Virus record (IMG/VR): IMGVR_UViG_3300047157_000146
Strand: one strand, 5' to 3'
DNA from: an uncultured virus (IMG/VR IMGVR_UViG_3300047157_000146)
Lineage: Duplodnaviria; Heunggongvirae; Uroviricota; Caudoviricetes
DNA length: 21,298 nucleotides
The notes under the pieces are model-generated. The model saw only the letters and a list, made by a program, of their open reading frames with translations, ran no database searches and was not told the DNA's origin. The translations under genes were made by a program, and so were the position numbers. Positions 15,034 to 21,298 of the stretch are shown here, piece after piece (the first letter of the stretch is position 1; each line of letters opens with the position of its first letter).

Positions 15034-16125
15034 TCATTTCTCCCATGTCCTACCACTATTTAAGCGGTCACTTTCCCTTCCTTGTTTGGCTTGCTCTATG
15101 GCGATAGCCCGTCCTAGTTGTAGTTTGGAGAATCTTTCTATGTCGCTGTTCTCCATGTTCAACTCTTGCGCTTTTTCAATTAGCCACTCATCGGGCGATT
15201 CTATAAAACGCTTGATAGTGTGAATGTCATCTGCACTTAATGATATGTAATTCGAGTTTCGATGTGCCATCAAATAACTATCATGCAACTTCCTAATGAA
15301 ATTCTTTTCAGCAGGGGATAGGAATTCCCAATTCTGTAAATAGCCTTTATCGGAAAAACCATACCATTCTAACATTTCACTAGTAGACCACTTGGTTCTC
15401 TTATCTTCTAGTGACTTTCGATAGCCAGTATATTCTTCTTCTGTAAAAGAGCGTCCATTGATTGTCGCTCCTCCAACAAATCTGTAAAAGTAATCTAGGT
15501 CGGCTAATAATGACTTGTTAGGATAACCCCTGCCATTTATTTGCGCTCTACGATTATTGGGATGGTTCCATCTCCAAACAATAGAGGCCATACCTTCCCT
15601 ATTGGCTCTCTTTCGTAATTTGGAACCCCTAAAATTACTAGTCACATTCAGCCTTAAGTCCAATTCTCGTACTGCTGTGAATTTCTCAACAAAATCTTCA
15701 CCATGCTTAGACCACCATGCTTCATTCTTCATTCCTTCAATACGAACAGAAATCCATTCTTCAATCATAGCGTCTGTGATAAGTTCTCTATCAATTCCCG
15801 TACTCTTTTCAATCTCTTTCAAGATAAGATATGAGTTGATGTGGTCGGAACCTACTGCAATAACTAAGCCGTTTATAATATTCCTAATAGCGAAGTGGTA
15901 CACAATACTGTGTCCACACAAACAATAGCCGTAAGTTCTTCTAACCCATCTAGGCATTTCGGCACTATCTTCTCCGTTCCACCACCAACATTCTCCGGTG
16001 GCTTCCCATTCTAGTTTAGCATCATCGTAGTTGTCAGCCTCAGATAAGAAAGTGATTTCCCTCTTTAGTACTCGGTCCCATCGGCCATTTCCTAAGTTTC
16101 TTTTGTACTTGGTAGTCAAGCCCAT
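15034..16125 (-). CDS. Hypothetical protein with a putative metal-binding motif
   Basis: 363 aa; YCLCGHSIVYHFAIRNIINGLVIAVGSDHI is a CxCGH...VGSx(H/C)I pattern. Confidence 0.65.
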   Translation of the reverse strand: MGLTTKYKRNLGNGRWDRVLKREITFLSEADNYDDAKLEWEATGECWWWNGEDSAEMPRWVRRTYGYCLCGHSIVYHFAIRNIINGLVIAVGSDHINSYLILKEIEKSTGIDRELITDAMIEEWISVRIEGMKNEAWWSKHGEDFVEKFTAVRELDLRLNVTSNFRGSKLRKRANREGMASIVWRWNHPNNRRAQINGRGYPNKSLLADLDYFYRFVGGATINGRSFTEEEYTGYRKSLEDKRTKWSTSEMLEWYGFSDKGYLQNWEFLSPAEKNFIRKLHDSYLMAHRNSNYISLSADDIHTIKRFIESPDEWLIEKAQELNMENSDIERFSKLQLGRAIAIEQAKQGRESDRLNSGRTWEK

Positions 16126-16364
16126 TCCTCCGTATCCATTTTTTCGTTTTGACGCTGTTCCAATAAGAATCCATTAAGAATCTCATCCATCTTGTCTTGT
16201 AGGTTATCAATAATACCTGCAATAACTCGACGGTTAAGGCTAATCCAAATTCTATGGTGTGTATTCAATACAACCTTTGGTTCATCGTTCTCGTTCATGC
16301 TAATTACCATAGGTGGCATGTGTTCATTGTCAATCAATTTAAATTCAACTGTTGTTCTATTCAT
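16116..16364 (-). CDS. Hypothetical protein
   Basis: 82-aa ORF with GAGG upstream, overlapping both neighbours. Confidence 0.6.
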   Translation of the reverse strand: MNRTTVEFKLIDNEHMPPMVISMNENDEPKVVLNTHHRIWISLNRRVIAGIIDNLQDKMDEILNGFLLEQRQNEKMDTEEWA

Positions 16365-16716
16365 TTTTATTCCTCTTTATTGTTGCTTTTTCTTTTGTGT
16401 GTTTATTTCCATCGGCGGCGAAGAAGTAGGTTGTTTTGTAGTAAGTTTTCCACCCATAGCGGTTAATCGTAGTTTCTTTAACGCACTGCGCTATTCTTCT
16501 GTAAGTATCCTTTCCGCCCTTTCTAGCGAATTGACGGACTGCTCCTCGGAATCCTATTCTCTCTCTACCTAGTGTCCGATAGTGATGTATGATAATGTCA
16601 TAGAATTCAGTCTTATCATATTGCTTATTCTCATCTAGAGAATCGAAGGTCAATTCAATACTTTCTTTCATCAAAGACCAATTGATTCTCTTTACTGTTC
16701 CCCTTCCCATAGTCAT
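16357..16716 (-). CDS. Hypothetical basic protein
   Basis: 119-aa ORF with an ATGA overlap upstream. Confidence 0.6.
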   Translation of the reverse strand: MTMGRGTVKRINWSLMKESIELTFDSLDENKQYDKTEFYDIIIHHYRTLGRERIGFRGAVRQFARKGGKDTYRRIAQCVKETTINRYGWKTYYKTTYFFAADGNKHTKEKATIKRNKNE

Positions 16717-17063
16717 TCTTCCTGTGTTGAGAAGGGAGGATAGAGTATGGTCAAACCGACCATAGCACCATTTTCATCATATTCGGCTTCCGAGTAGTTA
16801 TCTAATAAGAATTCATAGGCTTCTTCGGTAATAGTGTATTCTGCTCCTATATTGGTTCTATGATTAACAAACCTAATACCTCTTCCATGTAGTTTTCTTT
16901 GAAGAGCAATTATACCTGCTCTCACTGCATTTTTAGCAGGTAGGGATTCTAGTGAATCTAGACCGGACACAATAAGGGCCTCGGCTAGTTCATTTTTAGT
17001 TGCTTTCTTTCTTTTCATTAGTTCACTAATGATTAGTCTTTGTTCCATTGTGTTTATATTCAT
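16713..17063 (-). CDS. Putative winged-helix DNA-binding protein
   Basis: IISELMKRKKATKNELAEAL...VRAGIIALQRK...YTITEEAYEFL is a wHTH-like pattern; GAGG RBS. Confidence 0.55.
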   Translation of the reverse strand: MNINTMEQRLIISELMKRKKATKNELAEALIVSGLDSLESLPAKNAVRAGIIALQRKLHGRGIRFVNHRTNIGAEYTITEEAYEFLLDNYSEAEYDENGAMVGLTILYPPFSTQEE

Positions 17064-17135
17064 TTTAATTCCTCATTATTAGGCATTGCACCTTTCCGGT
17101 AGTCATTGATAGCACTACTACACTATTTGAATGAG

Positions 17136-17210
17136 TGGAACAAACAGGATTTGAACCTGTGGTCACTCGGTTATGAGCCGAGAGCATTAACCAAACTATG
17201 CTATTGTTCC
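17136..17210 (-). tRNA. tRNA with CAU anticodon (elongator Met or Ile2)
   Basis: GGAACAA/TTGTTCC acceptor, GCAT/ATGC D stem, CTCGG-CTCATAA-CCGAG anticodon arm, ACAGG-TTCAAAT-CCTGT T arm, discriminator A, no encoded CCA. It lacks the three G-C pairs of an initiator anticodon stem. Confidence 0.93.
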
Positions 17211-17215
17211 GTAGG

Positions 17216-17298
17216 TGTCGAAGGCAGGATTTGAACCTGCGAACCATTTAGGACAGGAGTTTAAGCCCTGCGTGTTTGACCTACTCCACCACTTCGAC
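17216..17298 (-). tRNA. tRNA-Leu(UAA)
   Basis: GTCGAAG/CTTCGAC acceptor, CAGGG-CTTAAAC-TCCTG anticodon arm, long variable region, GCAGG-TTCAAAT-CCTGC T arm, discriminator A. Confidence 0.93.
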
Positions 17299-17300
17299 AT

Positions 17301-17375
17301 TGGCGAGCGCAACAGGAGTCGAACCCGTATCACCGGCTTAGAAGGCCAGTATGCTATCCATTACACCATGCGCTC
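17301..17375 (-). tRNA. tRNA-Arg(UCU)
   Basis: GAGCGCA/TGCGCTC acceptor, CTGGC-CTTCTAA-GCCGG anticodon arm, ACGGG-TTCGACT-CCTGT T arm, discriminator G and encoded CCA. Confidence 0.93.
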
Positions 17376-17609
17376 ATTTGTCAATTTCCATATATTGACA
17401 GAATAACTGTACTGACTAAATTCAGCAATTACTCTTTCGGTTCCAATCTTTTCAAATTGTTTGTGTCGAGATAGAAGATTACCAATCTTACTACCACCCG
17501 AAGCCTCCTTCGGCCAGCGATTTTGATACTCGTCTAGTATCTCCGCCGTGTTTTTACTTCCATTTTCTAGTATTTTCTCTAATCTTTCGATTGTTCTCTT
17601 GTTTGCCAT
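17361..17609 (-). CDS. Small winged-helix protein, DUF3860-like (paralog 4)
   Basis: Likely start ATG 17609. RLEKILENGSKNTAEILDEY...IGNLLSRHKQFEKIG...VNIWKL. The last codons overlap the 5' end of tRNA-Arg. Confidence 0.65.
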   Translation of the reverse strand: MANKRTIERLEKILENGSKNTAEILDEYQNRWPKEASGGSKIGNLLSRHKQFEKIGTERVIAEFSQYSYSVNIWKLTNERMV

Positions 17610-17623
17610 ACCGCCACCATGCT

Positions 17624-17920
17624 TCACATGATGCTCCAATTCAAAAGATATTCGGCGTTGCCATTAGCAACACTATACTCTAAGGCTCTAACAGATTCTT
17701 CTTCATGGTGGTTTCTTTCCACTATAATAGAGGCAAGACAAAGACCTAGCCTCTCCTTAGAAAGTTTCTCGGACAGTACGCTAGCAATCTTAATTGCTAG
17801 TTCTTCTTTCAAACGCTCCTCCCACATTAAACAGTAGCAGGGTTCTTTGTAGAGAACATCATGGGTATGACACTCTACAATTCGTTCCCCTGTTCCATTA
17901 CATTCATTGCATTCGCTCAT
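17624..17920 (-). CDS. Hypothetical protein with an N-terminal CxxCxGxG zinc-finger motif
   Basis: MSECNECNGTGE...EPCYC, with an ATGA overlap upstream. Confidence 0.6.
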   Translation of the reverse strand: MSECNECNGTGERIVECHTHDVLYKEPCYCLMWEERLKEELAIKIASVLSEKLSKERLGLCLASIIVERNHHEEESVRALEYSVANGNAEYLLNWSIM

Positions 17921-18135
17921 TCTTCTTCATCTCCAAATAGGTCGGCATAAGAGCCATCTTCTTCGTGTGCTTCACGGAGTACGCTTTCATAGTCGCTCAT
18001 TCCAACTCGATAAGCGGTTTCATCTACTTCATACAATGCTACAGAAGCACTGCATTCAATACCACATACATCAATTGTGCCATATAGTTCATCGAGCATT
18101 TCATCGTAGTATTCTTTCATAATTATTTCATTCAT
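17917..18135 (-). CDS. Hypothetical acidic protein
   Basis: 72-aa ORF, tightly coupled, with GAGG upstream. Confidence 0.6.
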   Translation of the reverse strand: MNEIIMKEYYDEMLDELYGTIDVCGIECSASVALYEVDETAYRVGMSDYESVLREAHEEDGSYADLFGDEEE

Positions 18136-18364
18136 TTTTATTCCTCATTATTGGTTCGGGTATCCACTTAGGACAGTATTGCATATGAATATCTTCCATG
18201 CACCCGTAGCATAGTTGAGTTAGTATTTTTTCTTCCATCTCCTCCATATCTAGAGTTTGGAATTCAATTAGCATATTAACAGAAGCACCAAGTCCACATT
18301 TGTTACACTTGGGGTTTTTTCTAGTATCCTCGCTAACAAAGAATGATTTAATCCAATTTATCAT
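18128..18364 (-). CDS. Hypothetical zinc-finger protein (CxxC...CxxC)
   Basis: KCNKCG...LCYGCM. Likely start ATG 18364 after AGGTGA. Confidence 0.6.
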   Translation of the reverse strand: MINWIKSFFVSEDTRKNPKCNKCGLGASVNMLIEFQTLDMEEMEEKILTQLCYGCMEDIHMQYCPKWIPEPIMRNKNE

Positions 18365-18521
18365 TGGAATCACCTAACTGTCCAGCGAAGAAAGATTTGT
18401 AGGCATCAACTAATACTTGCGTATTGTTGTAGTTATGTGTGGAAGCAGAAATCATCCATTGATAATACTCATTGATTAGTTTAATCAAGTATTCGGGGTC
18501 ATCATTCCACCTTTCTTTCAT
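18348..18521 (-). CDS. 57-aa hypothetical protein
   Basis: Below the track cutoff. MKERWNDDPEYLIKLINEYYQWMIS...DKLD*, with an ATGA overlap with the upstream ORF. Confidence 0.5.
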   Translation of the reverse strand: MKERWNDDPEYLIKLINEYYQWMISASTHNYNNTQVLVDAYKSFFAGQLGDSNDKLD

Positions 18522-18667
18522 TCTTCACGCCTCTTCCATCTAGCGCAATAGTCTGCTGATTGCCTGTGGGGAATTGTTCCGTCTTGTATGTTAGCCTTAG
18601 AGTAGTGCCTCTTCAATAGGGCGCCTACTGCATGAACATTCCTTGGCATGTGATTTGGATGAATCAT
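18518..18667 (-). CDS. 49-aa hypothetical protein
   Basis: Below the track cutoff. MIHPNHMPRNVHAVGALLKRHYSK...RWKRREE*, with ATGA overlaps on both sides. Confidence 0.5.
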   Translation of the reverse strand: MIHPNHMPRNVHAVGALLKRHYSKANIQDGTIPHRQSADYCARWKRREE

Positions 18668-18810
18668 TTTTTCAGTTCTAGGAAGAGTTCATTAGAATAC
18701 CACTCTTCTTTCTTATCGAAACATTCGTCCATAGCAGAAAGAGCATAAGAGTTCTTACCTCTAAACTTATTTCTGTTTCTTCTATGCGCCACTGTAGTAT
18801 GTCTAGCCAT
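18664..18810 (-). CDS. 48-aa hypothetical basic protein
   Basis: Likely start ATG 18810 (MARHTTVAHRRNRNKFRG), overlapping the end of the helicase gene. Confidence 0.5.
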   Translation of the reverse strand: MARHTTVAHRRNRNKFRGKNSYALSAMDECFDKKEEWYSNELFLELKK

Positions 18811-20284
18811 TTCGTACAACTCCCTCGGCTGGTTTAGGACCAACATAGTAAAGATTCTTTTTAGCCCTCGTAATGGCAACATAACAGATGTTCATTTCTT
18901 CACGCATGTTAATTGCTCTTGGGTGTGGCATTCTTTCAGTAGCAAGGATATACACATTGTCTGCTTCTAGTCCCTTTGCTTTGTGAACAGTAGATAGCAT
19001 AATATCTCCCTTACCATCTTTGTAGGGGAATACTCTTTCGATTTCAGCAATCAGTTCTCTTACAGTATTCGTTCTGTAGACGAATAGACAAATACATTCG
19101 TGGCGGTCTTCAAGAGTATTAAGTTGTGCCGTCTTTTCTTGTTCCATCAACTTGTTTCGTTGTCTTTCGTATTCGTCGTCCAACTTCTCAGCAAACATTT
19201 GAGTTGTCATGTTCATGTCCTTTGTGATTTTCTTCACACTTTGAACGAGTCCCTTTCCTAGGTCACGACCTAAAATGTAGGCAGATTTACCTTTACCAAT
19301 CAATCGGTAAAAAGCCCCTACTAGAGGTGCATTGTAGCGACATAGCACCATGTCCCCCTTGACAGGTTCAAAGTCCGAATGAGTCACTACATTGCCCTTC
19401 TTAGCACCATCTACAGCATGGAAGTCTCCAACGAATCGGTTGGCTTCTTCCACCACACTAGTTGGGCAACGCCATGTTAAAGAAAGTGGAAACTTACTTA
19501 CTGTACGGCCCATCTGTTTTAGACTGTTTTCAAACAAAGACATGGAAGAAGAATCTGCTCCTCGGAATCCATAAATTGCTTGATTTGGGTCGCCAACAAT
19601 AACGCATCGGGCGTTTTCATCTAGGCATTTTAGTATGAGCATTCTTTGGGCTTGATTGAAGTCTTGTGCTTCATCAACAAAAACAACATCGTATTTATTC
19701 AATGGTAGGTTCAACACTATTGGTAGCCAAATCATATCATCGAAGTCAATAACATGAGAAGATTTAATCTTCTGCATAATCATTGGCAAGTTCTTCAAGG
19801 CCATCACTTCATCACTGTCTGTATTGAATTGGATATGGTGGACATCAACCAATCTCTTAATTGATTTCCTATCAGTGGCTTCTATAAGTCCACCCTTCAT
19901 CAAACTGATTAATTTGACTAGTGGTAAAGCGTAGTAGTTCTCACCAATAACTTCTCGGATAATGTTAGAACTCTTCCACTTATCCATCTTACGGTATCCC
20001 ATATTTTCACGAATTGCTGAATTACCCATAGAGTGAAAGGTAGCAGTGTAAACATTGTCTGGCAATCTCTTACCTAGTTCAGTAGCAATGGATTTATTGA
20101 AGGCAAAGAAGGCCATATTACCGGACATTCTTTTTGCACCTTCTACGATTGTTAAGGTCTTACCAGTGCCAGCACCAGCGTCAACCATAATGTCACCTTC
20201 ACCGTTTTTCATTTCATCCCAAATTGCTTCTTGTTGAGCAGTTCCTTGAATCAAGAAACCAACCCCAATTTCTTGTAGACCCAT
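18803..20284 (-). CDS. Superfamily 1 (UvrD/Rep/PcrA-like) DNA helicase
   Basis: Q motif TAQQEAI, Walker A DAGAGTGKT, FAFNKS, ATFHS, FVDEAQD, IVGDPNQAIYGFRGA, LTWRCP, STVHKAKGLEADNV, YVAITRAKK. The true start may be TTG 20254. Confidence 0.93.
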   Translation of the reverse strand: MGLQEIGVGFLIQGTAQQEAIWDEMKNGEGDIMVDAGAGTGKTLTIVEGAKRMSGNMAFFAFNKSIATELGKRLPDNVYTATFHSMGNSAIRENMGYRKMDKWKSSNIIREVIGENYYALPLVKLISLMKGGLIEATDRKSIKRLVDVHHIQFNTDSDEVMALKNLPMIMQKIKSSHVIDFDDMIWLPIVLNLPLNKYDVVFVDEAQDFNQAQRMLILKCLDENARCVIVGDPNQAIYGFRGADSSSMSLFENSLKQMGRTVSKFPLSLTWRCPTSVVEEANRFVGDFHAVDGAKKGNVVTHSDFEPVKGDMVLCRYNAPLVGAFYRLIGKGKSAYILGRDLGKGLVQSVKKITKDMNMTTQMFAEKLDDEYERQRNKLMEQEKTAQLNTLEDRHECICLFVYRTNTVRELIAEIERVFPYKDGKGDIMLSTVHKAKGLEADNVYILATERMPHPRAINMREEMNICYVAITRAKKNLYYVGPKPAEGVVRNG

Positions 20285-20442
20285 GCTCTAGCCGCATAAA
20301 TGTCTTCGCTAGTAAAAGGTCGGTCTGTGTACATCTCCCATTCATGGTTTGCTATTTCTAGAAGATAAGGAGTTTCACGATTCATTCCTTCTTCGATGAT
20401 TAGACCTGCTAGTGTTTTGATGTGCTTAGTGACTCTCTTCAT
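20251..20442 (-). CDS. Hypothetical protein
   Basis: 63-aa ORF with GGTGAGG upstream and an ATGA overlap. Confidence 0.6.
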   Translation of the reverse strand: MKRVTKHIKTLAGLIIEEGMNRETPYLLEIANHEWEMYTDRPFTSEDIYAARAWVYKKLGLVS

Positions 20443-20606
20443 TCTTCCTCACCTTTCCAGTACCAAGTCTGTTCTCCAAGTTCATCAACTGTCATTCCCA
20501 ATTGCTCGGCAATGACATTCATTGGTACACACATGTACCAACCAATGTCTTTACTCATTCCGTTATATCCTTTGTAGTGCTTTCTCATAAATTCAATTAT
20601 TTTCAT
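20439..20606 (-). CDS. 55-aa protein with a possible HTH; first gene of the minus-strand run
   Basis: Below the track cutoff. MKIIEFMRKHYKGYNGMSKDIGWYMCVPMNVIAEQLGMTVDELGEQTWYWKGEEE*, with a GAGG RBS and an ATGA overlap downstream. Confidence 0.55.
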   Translation of the reverse strand: MKIIEFMRKHYKGYNGMSKDIGWYMCVPMNVIAEQLGMTVDELGEQTWYWKGEEE

Positions 20607-20629
20607 TTGTATTCCTCATTTTTATTGGT

Positions 20630-20735
20630 CGGCGAGGCCCTTGCGAGTAATGATTGAAGAATCAATCGTTGTCGTTAGGCCCCCTACTCAAGCAGAAAGC
20701 CCCGCCGGTTATCTCATCGAGATGCCCTAACACCT
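20630..20735 (-). ncRNA. Candidate structured RNA (long stem, inner hairpin, possible pseudoknot)
   Basis: GC-rich non-coding patch. On the minus strand CGGCGGGGCUUU pairs with AGGGCCUCGCCG using G-U pairs, and the stem continues with UGC/GCA and GAGUAG/UUACUC. There is an inner hairpin GAUUGA/UCAAUC, and a 5' hairpin loop UUAGGG complementary to CCUAA. Confidence 0.5.
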
Positions 20736-20884
20736 GTGATTCATTTAAAAGGGTCCGTCAAACGACCCTATGTGACCTTGTTTATATTTGAAAATAGTAA
20801 AATGAAAGTAGTGTTTTGAAAATAGTATTTCACACATAGCATCTGACCCCCTCAAAACCACCAACAGCATTTGACCCTCTCGAA

Positions 20885-21130
20885 ATTCCATTATTCTAAT
20901 TCTAATTTTCGTTTCCAAATCCCAAACGCTATACTGCTCCCAAGTTTCCAACTTTCTAAGTTTCTAACCCCTAGATACTTAGAGAGAGTGTGTGATAGAT
21001 AGATTCACACTCTCATAGATAGAATAGATATTAGAATAATTAGAATATTAGAATAATGTATAAAAACAGGGTTTTTAACCCTTTCAGGCCACTTTTCGAT
21101 TCCAATTCCACTTGGAATCACGCTGGAATC
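20885..21130. repeat. Convergent TTCYAA/TTRGAA repeats around a GAGAGTGTG...CACACTCTC palindrome (candidate replication origin or regulatory region)
   Basis: TTCYAA at 20894, 20900, 20913, 20946, 20954 and 20962; inverted repeat 20984-20992/21006-21014; TTAGAATA at 21031, 21040 and 21048; further inverted repeat GATTCCAA/TTGGAATC at 21098-21119. Confidence 0.6.
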
Positions 21131-21298
21131 TTCAAACTTATCATCTATAGTATATGTAATATAAGCCCAATTGAAGTACTGCTAGTGTTAAATCAATATT
21201 AAACCAATAATAATAGTACCCCTTAAATTGTAAGTTCTTTAGTGGTTGTAACTAGGTAGTGGACTTTGTAGATACCCCTATAGTCCGATACCCTTATT

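Noticed and set aside
8943..16222. Alternative-frame minus ORFs 8943..9197, 10243..10449 and 16040..16222
   Set aside because: They are nested across better-supported, translationally coupled genes.
17064..17135. tRNA-sized spacer with weak pairing (CTCATT/AATGAG, small hairpins) as a fourth tRNA
   Set aside because: No T-loop (TTCRA) or proper cloverleaf, and the pairing is short enough to arise by chance.
17065..17406. ORFs 17065..17247 (-) and 17215..17406 (+)
   Set aside because: They overlap clear tRNA genes.
634..20237. All plus-strand ORFs in the track (for example 890..1180, 9988..10350, 15557..15928, 16192..16572)
   Set aside because: They are antisense shadows of well-supported minus-strand genes, Ser/Phe/Leu-rich with no recognisable motifs.
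20743..20790. TATA-box candidates TTTTAAAT (20750-20743) and AATATAAA (20788-20781) on the minus strand
   Set aside because: No convincing BRE and an AT-rich background, so I cannot choose between them without transcription start data.
20745..20951. 68-aa minus-strand ORF
   Set aside because: TTG start inside the repeat tract, no clear RBS and no coupling to neighbours; probably spurious.

Overview
This window appears to be a segment of an AT-rich archaeal tailed-virus genome. The best fit is a Magrovirus-like virus of Marine Group II Poseidoniales; this is inferred from the gene mix and was not confirmed by a search. Essentially all credible genes lie on the minus strand in one tightly packed run with ATGA/GTGA overlaps and GGAGG/GGTGA ribosome-binding sites. 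Reading right to left: (1) a non-coding region with convergent TTCYAA repeats around a palindrome (candidate origin) and a GC-rich structured RNA element; (2) a UvrD-type helicase and small ORFs; (3) three tRNAs (Arg-UCU, Leu-UAA, CAU); (4) a virus-encoded ubiquitin-like module consisting of a beta-grasp Ubl ending GG-SL, a 428-aa protein with an E2-like Cys motif, a TFB/TFIIB, a ThiF/E1, zinc-finger proteins and a JAB/JAMM protease; (5) duplicated small ORFs, a DenV-like glycosylase, GroES, a 39-aa ORF and GroEL; (6) a PC4 protein, an ATP-dependent ligase homolog lacking its catalytic lysine, a motif-less LAGLIDADG-like protein, RFC clamp-loader subunits, DUF3860-like winged-helix paralogs and a partial OB-fold SSB. 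The ubiquitin-like locus with its embedded TFB is the most striking candidate new system. All calls come from reading motifs by eye; no database searches or folding programs were run.
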